Assembly (NCBI GenBank): GCA_963708295.1
Contig: CAVPSJ010000007.1
Span: forward strand, 128,001-192,000
Length of the DNA stretch: 64,000 bases
Direction: 5' to 3'
Source of the DNA: an uncultured delta proteobacterium
GTDB lineage: Bacteria > Desulfobacterota > BSN033 > UBA1163
Shown here piece by piece: positions 19,005 to 28,877 of the stretch. The notes beneath the pieces are model-generated. The model did no database searches and had not been told where the DNA came from. It saw nothing but the letters and a program-made list of their open reading frames with translations. Both the position numbers and the translations under genes were made by a program. Positions within the stretch are counted from its first letter, which is position 1. The number at the start of each line of letters is the position of its first letter.

Positions 19005-19877
19005 GTGTTAAGGTTTATACAGATCCTTAGCTATGGGTTCCTCAATGGCGCTCTATACAGCCTGGTGGCGCTAGGATTGTCCCTGGTGTTTGGAGTGATG
19101 AATTACCTGATGGTGGCCCATGGAGGACTGATTATGCTGGCCGCTTATACGACCTTCTGGGCTTTTTTTTACACCCGTATCGATCCCTTCCTGTTCATCC
19201 TGCTCGTAACCCCTCTGTTTTTTGTCATCGGATGGATCCTGTTCAAAATCCTCTTTCAGTCACTTATGAAATTCCCTGAGGGGGAAAAAATAAAGAATTC
19301 CTTACTGATTTCTTTTGGCCTGCTATTGATCTTTTCCAATCTGGCCATCCTGTTCTGGACGGCGGATGAAAGGGCCGTGACGACGGTTTATGCCGGAAAA
19401 GTCCTGGACGTGTTTGGAATCCGTCTACCCTACATCGGCTTGGGAGGAGTGGCCATCGCCATTATCGTCATCATTGCCCTTCATTTGTTCCTTACCCGGA
19501 CTTATTTCGGAAAGGCCATTCGAGCCGTATCAATGGATCACGAGGCCGCGACGTTGATGGGTATCAATGTCAATAAAGTATATCTGGTGGCCTTCTCGAT
19601 TGGGTGTGCCTTGGCTGGAATTCCAGGTGTTTTGACCTCCTTGCACGCTTTAAACCCGGCAATCTCTTTTGATTTAACGAATAAGGCCTTGATCGTCTTA
19701 ATCCTGGCTGGAGTCGGGAGCATTAAGGGGGTATTAATCGGAGGTTTCTTCCTGGGAGCGATTGAGGCGGCCGGAGTTTATCTGGTTGGAACTCCTTACA
19801 GGGAAGTTTTTGGACTCATTCTATTTGTCTTGATCCTGATGTTTCGACCGCAGGGATTGACTGGGAAAAAGGCATGA
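19005..19877 (+). CDS. ABC transporter permease (LivH-like)
   Basis: LVALGLSLVFGV...AHG and GKAIRAV; multiple TM segments. Confidence 0.9.
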   Translation: MLRFIQILSYGFLNGALYSLVALGLSLVFGVMNYLMVAHGGLIMLAAYTTFWAFFYTRIDPFLFILLVTPLFFVIGWILFKILFQSLMKFPEGEKIKNSLLISFGLLLIFSNLAILFWTADERAVTTVYAGKVLDVFGIRLPYIGLGGVAIAIIVIIALHLFLTRTYFGKAIRAVSMDHEAATLMGINVNKVYLVAFSIGCALAGIPGVLTSLHALNPAISFDLTNKALIVLILAGVGSIKGVLIGGFFLGAIEAAGVYLVGTPYREVFGLILFVLILMFRPQGLTGKKA

Positions 19878-20806
19878 AGCATCTCCTTCTCCTTGTTGGA
19901 ATCGTGATCTGTTTGGCTTTGGTGCCAATGGTCATTACCAAAACTTATATACTCAACCTGATCATCCTGATCTGTCTTTATACGATTCTATCCCATAGCT
20001 GGAATATTTTGGGAGGCTATACGGGACAGATCAGCCTAGGACATTCCACCTTTTTCGGAATCGGCGCGCTGATATTCCGACACCTATGGACCCTGGGCAT
20101 CCCTCCCTATCTTGCCTTATGCGGGGCTTCAATTTCTTCACTCGTCCTTGCCTCAATCATAGGATTTCCGGCCTTCAAATTGAAGGGGCATTATTTCGCC
20201 ATCGGAACCCTGGCCCTCTCCATGATTGCCTCCGTTACGGTCCAAAACATCTTCCCTGGAGTGAGCTTTGCTCCTCCGCAACATCTCGCGAATTATAACC
20301 TCGTTCCGATCTATTACATGGCGTTGACCGTGGCTGTCATTACCATTGGCCTCGTCTCATTTTTAAACCGTTCCAAACTGGGTCTGGCATTCGTTTCTAT
20401 TCGCGAGGAGGAGGACGCTGCAGAAGCAATAGGAATCAATACCTTTAAGTATAAGGTGATTTCGATGACCCTCAGTACTCTCATTGCGGGCCTGGGAGGG
20501 GGGCTCTTCTCCTTCTATGTGGCCAGCTATTACTACTATGTCCCCTTTGAGTTGGGATGGTCATTCGATCCAGTACTCATCGCCTCGATCGGAGGCGCAG
20601 GGACAGTGCTAGGGCCTGTGTTAGGCTCTATTGTCTTTGTGATATTGAAAGAATTGTTTGCCATCAGCCTCGGACAAATGAATGTGCTCATTTTCGGCAT
20701 CGTTTTCATCTTCACGGTTCTCTTTCTTCCCAAGGGGCTTGTTGGAATCATCGGGATGGTTCGAGGGGTTAAAAAATCTCAAGTCGGTTTTGCGAAAGAG
20801 AGATGA
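19874..20806 (+). CDS. ABC transporter permease (LivM-like)
   Basis: WNILGGYTGQISLGH, LKGHYFAIGTL and IREEEDAA. Confidence 0.9.
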   Translation: MKHLLLLVGIVICLALVPMVITKTYILNLIILICLYTILSHSWNILGGYTGQISLGHSTFFGIGALIFRHLWTLGIPPYLALCGASISSLVLASIIGFPAFKLKGHYFAIGTLALSMIASVTVQNIFPGVSFAPPQHLANYNLVPIYYMALTVAVITIGLVSFLNRSKLGLAFVSIREEEDAAEAIGINTFKYKVISMTLSTLIAGLGGGLFSFYVASYYYYVPFELGWSFDPVLIASIGGAGTVLGPVLGSIVFVILKELFAISLGQMNVLIFGIVFIFTVLFLPKGLVGIIGMVRGVKKSQVGFAKER

Positions 20807-20864
20807 CCTCTCTTGAAAGAGTGAAAAAATTAGGAACTTTCTAAACGAAAGAAAGGAGGAGAAT

Positions 20865-22097
20865 ATGGAAAAGAGAAAGTTATCGAAAAAGGTGATTAGT
20901 TGGGCATGCGTTTTGGTTTTCACTATGACCCTGGGCGTCACCTCAGCGGCTTTTGCACAGGCTCCAGCGACGATTAAACTTGGAGCGGTGATCGCGCTGA
21001 CCGGTGCGATGGCCTCTGGCGGGAAGGATATCAGAGACGGTTATGAAATTGCTGTAAAACATATCAACGATGCCGGAGGTGTTTTCGTCAAGGAATATAA
21101 TAAGAAGATACCGATTGAGCTGATCATATTAGATGATGAATCAGATTCGGTCAAGACGACGACAAGGCTTGATAAGTTGGATTCGGTGGATAAAGTCGTT
21201 TGTTATCTTGGCGGATTTTCAAGTGACCTGAATGTGGTTGGCATGTCGACCGCGGAGAAAAATAAGGTCCCCTGGATCGGCGTCACCGTTGCGGCAGAGG
21301 CTCCATTCAAAAAGGGATTCAAATACATCTTTGTCCCTTTCTCACTGGCCTCCGATCAGGTGATCACTTTCTTCGATTTTCTCGATTCCATTCCAAAAGA
21401 GCAGAGGCCGACCAAGCTGGGCCACATGGAACTCCAGGTGGACTGGGGGAAGGAATGCGGCGATCACATCCGGGATATGGCCAAAAAACGGGGATACACA
21501 ATTGTGGCTGACCTGAAGTACGCCCCTCCCACGAAAGATTTTTCGTCCATCATCTTGGACTTGAAGTCCGCCGGCGCCGATGTCGTCTTCTCGGTCCCGA
21601 CCCCTCCTCAAAGCATTGTCATCGTTAAGCAGATGAAAGAGCTTAATTACGCACCCAAGGTAACTCTCTTCATTCGAGGACCCGATCTGAGTACTTATTG
21701 GGGCGCGATGGGAAAGGACGCAAACTACATCATCTCCGACGGCAACTGGCACGAAAGCATGCCTTATCCTGGGAATGACAGGGTGGTCAAAGACTATCGT
21801 GCCAAGTATCCGGATGTGTCAAGCATCGGCATCCCCGTCGGCTGCTCCTATGCAGCCGTGCAGATTCTGGCAAAAGCCATCGAGATGGCTGGGACCTTGG
21901 ATCGGGAAAAGCTTCGAAACACCATTGGAAAGGTAGAGATGATGACGGTAAGAGGTCCTATCAAATTCAGGGAGAATGGATCGGCTATTATTAAATACGG
22001 CTTCCGTCAGTGGCAGGATGGGAAAAATGTCCAGATATACCCTAAAGAAGTGGCCATCAGTCAGCTTCGTTTAGCTCCTCCATGGGACAAAAGATAA
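20865..22097 (+). CDS. ABC transporter substrate-binding protein (LivK/PBP1 type)
   Basis: Signal peptide ending AFA-Q; IKLGAVIALTG; INDAGG; DFSSII. Confidence 0.9.
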   Translation: MEKRKLSKKVISWACVLVFTMTLGVTSAAFAQAPATIKLGAVIALTGAMASGGKDIRDGYEIAVKHINDAGGVFVKEYNKKIPIELIILDDESDSVKTTTRLDKLDSVDKVVCYLGGFSSDLNVVGMSTAEKNKVPWIGVTVAAEAPFKKGFKYIFVPFSLASDQVITFFDFLDSIPKEQRPTKLGHMELQVDWGKECGDHIRDMAKKRGYTIVADLKYAPPTKDFSSIILDLKSAGADVVFSVPTPPQSIVIVKQMKELNYAPKVTLFIRGPDLSTYWGAMGKDANYIISDGNWHESMPYPGNDRVVKDYRAKYPDVSSIGIPVGCSYAAVQILAKAIEMAGTLDREKLRNTIGKVEMMTVRGPIKFRENGSAIIKYGFRQWQDGKNVQIYPKEVAISQLRLAPPWDKR

Positions 22098-22133
22098 CAC
22101 CCAAAAAGATTCACTTTGGTTGACGTTGCCTTA

Positions 22134-22174
22134 GATGGAAAAGGGGAGACTCCATGGGTCTCCCCCTTTCCATC
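22134..22174. terminator. Hairpin between convergent binding-protein gene and dch
   Basis: GATGGAAAAGGGGAGAC-TCCATGG-GTCTCCCCCTTTCCATC near-perfect inverted repeat. Confidence 0.6.
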
Positions 22175-22940
22175 AGTTATCTTTCCAAGTGGGTTTGCGT
22201 TTCTCCAAAAAAGCTTTGAGTCCCTCCATGGCGTCATGGGTTTTCATCAATTTGTCGAGATAGATCTTCTCAATGGCTTTGAGCCCTTGATCCATATCAT
22301 CATTGAGGCCGGCGAGCACCGCTTCCTTTGTCAGCTTCAGAACGATCCCGCTCAATTTTGAAAACTTCCCAACGAAAGCCTCTACTTCTTGAGCCAGGGA
22401 AGCTTCAGGGACAACCTTATTCACCAGTCCGAGGCTATAAGCCTCCTGAGCACTGATGGTATCGCCGGCAAGAATGAGTTCCATGGCCTTTTTCCGGCCA
22501 ATCATCCTCGGGAAAACCAAGGCAGCAATCGGAGGGAAAACGCCGACCTGTATCTCGGGTTGTCCGAATTTTGCCTTCTCCGTGGCGAGCACCATGTCAC
22601 AGTACAAAGCCAGTTCGCATCCTCCTCCCAGGGCGGCCCCGTTGACCACAGCCAGAGACGGGACTTTCAAGGCGTCCATGAACCTGAACATCTGATGGAA
22701 GGTTTGGATCATCTTGGTTGCCAGATCCCCAAGGTGGTCTGCCACCTCCACGCCCACCGAGTAGGCCTTGCCTGCAGCCTGGACCACAAGGAGCTTCAAA
22801 CCCTTTTCACTCTTTAAGCTCGAAAGAAAACTGTTGATCTCCTCCATCATTTCGATGTTTAGCCAGTTGAGAGGAGCACGATTGAGCGTCAGGGTAGCGA
22901 CACCCTCCTTCAATTCGGTCTGAATATGTTTGAAAGCCAT
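22173..22940 (-). CDS. dch: Cyclohexa-1,5-diene-1-carbonyl-CoA hydratase
   Basis: Crotonase fold (ALGGGCEL, GQPEIQVGVFPP) with VGVEVADH; co-oriented downstream of had and oah. RBS GGAGGT before ATG 22940. Confidence 0.8.
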   Translation of the reverse strand: MAFKHIQTELKEGVATLTLNRAPLNWLNIEMMEEINSFLSSLKSEKGLKLLVVQAAGKAYSVGVEVADHLGDLATKMIQTFHQMFRFMDALKVPSLAVVNGAALGGGCELALYCDMVLATEKAKFGQPEIQVGVFPPIAALVFPRMIGRKKAMELILAGDTISAQEAYSLGLVNKVVPEASLAQEVEAFVGKFSKLSGIVLKLTKEAVLAGLNDDMDQGLKAIEKIYLDKLMKTHDAMEGLKAFLEKRKPTWKDN

Positions 22941-23029
22941 TTGATTCACCTCCCGTTCTCTTGAGTCGTCAACGTTGATTCGTAATCCGTTATTCGCTAG
23001 AGGTAGATCTTACCGGAGCCTAAACTCCC

Positions 23030-23078
23030 AAAAAGATACCCTTTGGGCTTGAATCTCCCGCCAGCCCAAAGGGTATCT
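23030..23078 (-). terminator. Intrinsic terminator-like hairpin between oah and dch
   Basis: 16-bp arms AGATACCCTTTGGGCT (23034-23049) and AGCCCAAAGGGTATCT (23063-23078), followed by a T-run on the minus strand. Confidence 0.55.
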
Positions 23079-23116
23079 CACTCACTACCGTCTCGTGATC
23101 CCATAAGATACTTCAC

Positions 23117-24265
23117 TTACTTCTTCTGGGGTTTGCCTAACACTTCCTCAAAGAATTTGTCATCCACCAGCTTGCCTTCGGCAATATTCTGGCGATACTT
23201 GATGAAGTCGATCGTGTCAGCGCCCGTAATCTTCTTCGAGTTGAAGGCGCCGAACCCGAGGTAAGCCTCGCCCATCATATTGGCAGCCAGCCAATGTCGG
23301 TTGATGTTCTTTGACTGATCCCAGAAGAATTTCTTCTTGTTCCGGATACCGTCGATGGACATAATCAAGCAGCCGGGGAAGAGATTCGCAAACGTCCAGC
23401 AAATCCTCTCTACCTCTGCGTCCAGGAGTGCAAAATCAAACTCGTTGTTCTTGAGCTTGTTATTGACCAGCTCCCGTGCCTGTTTGAATTCGTCGCCCGC
23501 CTTGTAATCACCGTATACAATTTCACCGTCTTTCACATAGGCATCGGTGATGATCTGCGGGTTGCGCAACCATTTGCCTTTGTCGTCTTTCAATACGGGG
23601 ACAGCCTTCGAGATCAATCCCTTTCGCAACATCTTATAAGCAGACCACATCTCGCAGCTGATACAGTTCCACATGGCATCTTCAATGGTTAGATACCAGG
23701 GAAGAAAGTCAGAGGCGCCTCCCACCGGGGCTGACCCGTGGCGGGGACCCGCCTGGCCGAAAATAGCCAGGTCAGAAGCAACCGTGATGTCGCACGCAGT
23801 TCCGATCTCCTGACCTCCGGCAACCCTCATGCCGTTTACCCTGCAGATCACAGGTTTCTTGCACATCAGAATAGCGTCGACCATGTTATTGAAGAGTTCC
23901 ATGTAAGCCCCGTACTCTTCGGGTCGCATGCTGTAATACTCTGAGTACTCTTTCGTGTTTCCGCCGGTACAGAAAGCAAAAGGCCCGGTGCCCGTAAATA
24001 CAACCGCCACTACGGACCGATCCGTGGAAGCGTTTTCGAAACCGGCGATGACGCCCTTCACCATCTCCGTCGTGTAGGAGTTGTACTGATTGGGGTTATT
24101 GAGTCTGATCCAAGCATTATAGAGACCCTGAACGACATTGCCCTTCGCGTCCTTCACCGGCTTCTTTTCATAAACCGTACACGGGGCCTCGGTTCCCCAG
24201 TGCTCTTTGCCATACCGATCGTGATTCTTCATTTCATGTTCTCTCGGCATCCAACTTACTGTCAT
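23117..24265 (-). CDS. oah: 6-oxocyclohex-1-ene-1-carbonyl-CoA hydrolase (BamA/Oah)
   Basis: Family motifs NNPNQYNSYTTEMVKGVI, AFCTGGNTKEYSEYY, GQAGPRHGSAPVGG and WLAANMMGEA. Confidence 0.95.
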   Translation of the reverse strand: MTVSWMPREHEMKNHDRYGKEHWGTEAPCTVYEKKPVKDAKGNVVQGLYNAWIRLNNPNQYNSYTTEMVKGVIAGFENASTDRSVVAVVFTGTGPFAFCTGGNTKEYSEYYSMRPEEYGAYMELFNNMVDAILMCKKPVICRVNGMRVAGGQEIGTACDITVASDLAIFGQAGPRHGSAPVGGASDFLPWYLTIEDAMWNCISCEMWSAYKMLRKGLISKAVPVLKDDKGKWLRNPQIITDAYVKDGEIVYGDYKAGDEFKQARELVNNKLKNNEFDFALLDAEVERICWTFANLFPGCLIMSIDGIRNKKKFFWDQSKNINRHWLAANMMGEAYLGFGAFNSKKITGADTIDFIKYRQNIAEGKLVDDKFFEEVLGKPQKK

Positions 24266-24344
24266 ACAAATACCCCCTTCCCTATGGATTTAATTTTATT
24301 TCAGCCGTGACTTGGGCGTTCAATTCAAAAGGCGCCGGCTCCTT

Positions 24345-25457
24345 CTAAAAATCCGGCGTCAGAACCATTCTTTTCTCCGGCGACCCCGCCTTATGGACCT
24401 CGTCAAAAACGGATTGGATCTGACTCATCGGCCTGGTCTCGACAAAAGGACCGATATCGATTTTTTTCGAAAGGACCATATCCAGGACGATCGGGTAGTA
24501 TTCTGGCAGACATCCCCACGTCCCAATCATCTCGGCGTCAAAGGCCATCAGCCGTGAGATGCTGTATTCGTTTTTGGCCATCCCAAATCCGACCACGACC
24601 AGCTTCCCGGTGAAGGAGAGAAGTTCCAGAGCAATCTCCTGCCCTGCCTTCGTTCCGGTCACTTCGAAGATCTTCCAATCAAACCCTGCCTCCAGACCGT
24701 TCTTCTTGCAGATCTCCCGGAATTCATTTCGTAGATCCTTGATCGCCTTGTCTTGGGAGCTGATGACAAAGTCTGCTCCGTATTTCAACGCCCTCTGCAG
24801 CTTCTGCGGATTCCTCGCAATGCCGATCACCGCTTTCGCACCCAGGGCTTTTGCCGTTTGAGCCATGTACACGCCCACCCCGCCGGTGACGCCGATGATG
24901 ATGACTTTGTCCCCTGGCTGGAGATCTGCCCTCTTGGACGCTTGATAAGGGGTCGTGGCCGCATCGGCCACAACGGCCAAATGCTCCAAAGGAATATTTC
25001 CCCGGTTTCTCACCTCGCAGAGATCGATCGAGGGTACGGGGATATGGCTCGAAAATCCTCCATAAACACCTAGACTGTTTCCCGGCATCTTCTGAACTAA
25101 GCAGCGATTTCCTCTGCCGGTTTTGCAAAGCATACACTGGCGACAGGGCATCACTGCAGGAACAATCACTTCCTTCCCGACCCATTTTTCATCGCCGGCA
25201 ACGACGGTCCCGCTGATCTCATGTCCTAAGGTCAACGGTGGTTTCTGAACCGTCGGGACGCCATCGTAGAAGTAGCCCAGGTCCGTATGGCAGACGCCGC
25301 ATCCTGCCACCTTAACCAATACCTCACCGGGTTTTAAGGCCGGCACTGGAATAGAAGTCTTAGCCAACTTGCCGGGTGTGACCTCTCCAGTCTCTTTGTT
25401 TTTGGCTGTGGGTTGAACCATTTGCCAAGTCTCAATGTTATCAGGTATTGTTGCCAT
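24345..25457 (-). CDS. had: 6-hydroxycyclohex-1-ene-1-carbonyl-CoA dehydrogenase (Zn-MDR)
   Basis: GCGVCHTDLGYFYDGVPT, LGHEISG, QKMPGN, RLMAFDA and GTWGC; adjacent to oah. Confidence 0.92.
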   Translation of the reverse strand: MATIPDNIETWQMVQPTAKNKETGEVTPGKLAKTSIPVPALKPGEVLVKVAGCGVCHTDLGYFYDGVPTVQKPPLTLGHEISGTVVAGDEKWVGKEVIVPAVMPCRQCMLCKTGRGNRCLVQKMPGNSLGVYGGFSSHIPVPSIDLCEVRNRGNIPLEHLAVVADAATTPYQASKRADLQPGDKVIIIGVTGGVGVYMAQTAKALGAKAVIGIARNPQKLQRALKYGADFVISSQDKAIKDLRNEFREICKKNGLEAGFDWKIFEVTGTKAGQEIALELLSFTGKLVVVGFGMAKNEYSISRLMAFDAEMIGTWGCLPEYYPIVLDMVLSKKIDIGPFVETRPMSQIQSVFDEVHKAGSPEKRMVLTPDF

Positions 25458-25725
25458 TCGTTTCACCCCTTTCTGTTCAAAAATTAAAAGTTCGAATATC
25501 GAAATCCGAGACAATGTCAAAATCCTAATAAATAAATTTCCTAAACGTATTTTTTCTCCCAGTTATGAGTTTTGAATTTCGCCTGCCCGCCGCAGGCAGG
25601 GATTTCCTGCTTCGCATTCTACTTTCATCCCCCCTTTCCCAAATTTGATTTTCAAAGTGTGGATTGTTTGAATGTCACGTAGCCTAAAACTTAAGACACT
25701 TAACTCCGAACTCTAAACTTCAACA

Positions 25726-26481
25726 TCAGGTCATCCCGAGACCCCCGTCGACGCAGATAAGCTGGCCGGTGATATAGTTCGCGTCGTCCGAAGCTAAGAA
25801 GACGAAGGTCTGTGCTACCTCTTCGGGTTCGGCAAATCGAGCCAGCAAAATCCTGCCCGCGTAAATCTCTTTCAGCTTGGGGTCAGTCCGAATCTTCTCG
25901 GTCATCTCAGTACTGACATATCCCGGCTGAACCACGTTCACTGTAATCCCATAGCCAGCCAATTCCCGGGCGGCCGACTTGGTCAGAGCAATGATCCCCC
26001 CTTTTGCTGAACTGTAATTAATTTGTCCCTTTGTCCCCCACAGCCCGGCGGATGACGTCACATTGATGATCTTCCCGCTTTTTCGTTCCATCATATACTT
26101 GGAAGCCGCTTGGGTGCACAGAAAGGGCCCTTTCAACTGGATGTCGATCACCTCATCCCACTGCTCCTCTGTCATCTTGTAAAGCATGTTCGGCTTTGAT
26201 ACGCCTGCGTTGTTTACCAGAATATCGATCTTTCCGTAGTTGTCAATTGCTGTCTGAATGATTTTTTCTGCATCGGCCTTTGCAGCAACATTTCCCTTTA
26301 TTGCAACTGCTTTCTTCCCTATCTTTTTAATCATTTCGACCACTTCTTGTGCGGGCTGATCTTTGCTGGCATAGTTGACAACAACATCAGCCCCTTCCTT
26401 CGCATATGCAAGACAGATCGCTCTTCCAATGCCCCTTCCCCCACCTGTTACGACCGCAGCTTTACCCTCGAGCCTGCCCAT
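25726..26481 (-). CDS. SDR oxidoreductase (FabG-like)
   Basis: TGGGRGIG, VNNAG and NYSSAKGG. Confidence 0.9.
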   Translation of the reverse strand: MGRLEGKAAVVTGGGRGIGRAICLAYAKEGADVVVNYASKDQPAQEVVEMIKKIGKKAVAIKGNVAAKADAEKIIQTAIDNYGKIDILVNNAGVSKPNMLYKMTEEQWDEVIDIQLKGPFLCTQAASKYMMERKSGKIINVTSSAGLWGTKGQINYSSAKGGIIALTKSAARELAGYGITVNVVQPGYVSTEMTEKIRTDPKLKEIYAGRILLARFAEPEEVAQTFVFLASDDANYITGQLICVDGGLGMT

Positions 26482-26524
26482 CATATCCTCCTTCTTTTTC
26501 ACTTTTTTAAAAAGCCGAAATAAT

Positions 26525-26542
26525 TTGTGAATATATTCTCAT
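26525..26542. promoter_or_regulatory. Candidate Rex (NADH-sensing repressor) operator
   Basis: TTGTGAA-TATA-TTCTCAT versus consensus TTGTGAA-N4-TTCACAA (2 mismatches), in the AT-rich leader of SDR-had-oah-dch. Confidence 0.4.
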
Positions 26543-26811
26543 GAATACGCAAAAAAATACTACATTTTCATTCTAAATACAAGAGAATTCTCGATTGAAT
26601 AAAATTCATTTTAATTACGACAAGTTATGGTCAAGTTTTATCTTCTGCAACGTTTTTCTCTATGACCCTTTTAATCCGTTACCTTCTTGACCATCCCGGC
26701 GAAACTCCTCGTAATCTTTCAGAGGCAAAAACGCCTAGAAGAAAATGCGGCTGATCACCGCAGGTTTTTTTAAGTTATCACAAACGGAAGAAGTGCTCAT
26801 GGGCAGGACGG

Positions 26812-27270
26812 CTATTCGATTTTCAATTCCAGGTTGATCATCTCGCCTCCTCTTGTAAATCCCATGGCCCGAAAAAATTTGAGTAGATCCCAATCACTCC
26901 AATTCACTAAGGTGTAGACGATGCTCACACCAACCCCTTTGAGATTCCTGACAAACTCCTCACTCAATTTTCTCGCCACACCCCTGTGTTGATAATCAGG
27001 ATCGACCCCGATCGTACTGATCCACCCCACTGTTTCAGGAACGCCGAATTCCCAGCCGCTCATTTCACCCATGATGAACCCGATCACCTTCCCTTCGAGT
27101 TCTGCGACTAAACCCGAAAAGGGATACCGGGCATTAGGGAGCTCGATCTTTTTTTTCCAAAAATCCTGCCTGGCCTTACCTAAGACCTTCCGATCAATTT
27201 CAACAATCGCATCCAGATCTCCGAAGGTCAGAGGTCTGATGTCCAGTCTCTCCAGGAAATCCTCCTCCAT
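26812..27270 (-). CDS. GNAT-family N-acetyltransferase
   Basis: IRPL...IVEID, LVAELEGKVIGF, IGVDPDYQHRGVA (acetyl-CoA binding) and FFRAMGF. Confidence 0.88.
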   Translation of the reverse strand: MEEDFLERLDIRPLTFGDLDAIVEIDRKVLGKARQDFWKKKIELPNARYPFSGLVAELEGKVIGFIMGEMSGWEFGVPETVGWISTIGVDPDYQHRGVARKLSEEFVRNLKGVGVSIVYTLVNWSDWDLLKFFRAMGFTRGGEMINLELKIE

Positions 27271-27296
27271 CGGCTCCCTTTCCCCCCATCCCATCA

Positions 27297-27513
27297 CTAT
27301 TCAATCATCGCAATGACGGCTTCTGCCTCAACCTCCTGACCCGGCGCCACACGAATCTCTTTTACCGTTCCGGTAACCGGAGCCACGACAGGCATCTCCA
27401 TTTTCATCGCCTCCAAGCACGGCCACCTGATCATCCTCTTTGACCTTATCTCCTACCTTCACTGACACTGAAACAATCTTTCCTACCATTGGTACAGTCA
27501 CTGGTGTCCCCAT
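27297..27513 (-). CDS. Biotin carboxyl carrier protein (single domain), +1 frameshift near 27414
   Basis: Removing one base gives ...VAVL-EAMKMEMPVVAPVTGTVKEIRVAPGQEVEAEAVIAMIE*, restoring the EAMKM biotinylation motif. Confidence 0.85.
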
Positions 27514-27545
27514 GACATTTTCCTCCTTTTACGAAGCAAGTTTTT

Positions 27546-28697
27546 TTATTTAAGTCCCAACGCGTTTCTTGCGATGATCATCTTCTGAATGTTGGATGTT
27601 CCCTCCACAATCTGATAGGATTTGGCATCCCGGTAGAACCGTTCCACGGGATATTCCGTTGAAAAGCCGTAGGATCCGAAGATCTTGACGGCGGTGATTC
27701 GCGGCTCGAACGGCGACCTCCGCCGCATAATATTTTGCGCAGGAAACCTCGATGGTGTTCTCGTTGCCCCTGATCTCTGTTCCAGGCGGCCCGATGGACG
27801 AGCAAGCCGGGCAGCCTCTTCTTCCACATACATCTCTGCAATCTGCTCCTGAATCATCTGGAAATTCGCAATCGGCTGTCCGAATTGCTCACGCTCGTTG
27901 GCATATCGAACGGAATGCTCAAGGCAGGCCCTGGCCACACCCACGGCTCTTGCCGCTGAGGAGAGTCGGGTATTGTCCAGCATGGACATGCAGATTTTGA
28001 ACCCGTCCCCTTTTTGACCGACCAGGCAGTCCTTGGGCAGCTTCACGTCTTCAAAGACGATCTCTCCTGTCGGAGCGCAGAAAAGACCCAGTTTCGAATC
28101 GATGGACTTCTGGGTGACGCCCGGGCGCATGCATGTCCACCATGAACGCCGACATGCCCTTGATGCTTCGCCGCCTTATCCGTGTAGGCATAGACGATCC
28201 CCACATCGGCCACAGGCACCCCGGAGATCCACATCTTCGTCCCGTTCAGAATAAACCCGTCCTCCGTCTCTCTGGCCGTCGACTTCATGGAAGCCACATC
28301 GGATCCGGTGTTGGCTTCGGTGATGGCGAAACAGCCAAGCAGGTCCGCATTGATCAATTTCGGAATCCACCGTTCCCGCTGTTCCTCCGTCCCGAAATTG
28401 AGAAGGACAGACTGGATGGAGTTCATCTGAAGGTTGAAGGGAAGTCCCCACGAAGGAGAGATCCTTCGCGATCTCTTCGGTCATCACGGAGGCTGCAAGA
28501 TAACCACTTTCGTTTCCGCCGTATTTCTCGGGAGCAATACAGCCAAAGAAACCCAATCTCGCCATTTCCTTTACAATTTCTTTCCGGAAACGATGCTCCT
28601 TCTCATCTTCTTCCATGGTGGGAGCAATCTTCTTCTCTGCAAAATTCTTAGCCATTTCACGCATTGCTTCTTGTTCTTCTGTCAACTTAAAATCCAT
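27546..28697 (-). CDS. Glutaryl-CoA dehydrogenase, non-decarboxylating type (several frameshifts)
   Basis: Pieces 28176-28697, 28043-28426, 27546-28130 and 27578-27841 join into one ACAD. Motifs VYAYTDKAA, PTGEI, NTRLSSAA and STEYPVERFYRDA...VEGTSNI (Val before the catalytic Glu). Next to a biotin carrier. Confidence 0.7.
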
Positions 28698-28728
28698 AAA
28701 ATCGCCTCCTCCCGTTTAGATTGTGCAA

Positions 28729-28757
28729 TTTATAACAAAGGACTATTCTTTTGTCAA
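28729..28757 (-). promoter_or_regulatory. Putative sigma70 promoter of the glutaryl-CoA dehydrogenase operon
   Basis: Minus strand TTGACA-N17-TATAAA about 30 nt upstream of the ATG. Confidence 0.55.
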
Positions 28758-28877
28758 GATATTTCTGTTATTACTCGATAGTTTCAACCTATTGTTTTTA
28801 TTTGAGCTTTAAATATGAGTGTTAGCTGACCGAATAGGAACCTTGACAATACTGACTAAATGGGCAATAAGGAGGTG

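Noticed and set aside
27297-28697. Programmed frameshifting or true pseudogenisation of the glutaryl-CoA dehydrogenase and biotin carrier
   Set aside because: Multiple scattered indels without slippery-site architecture and with intact motifs fit sequencing error better.
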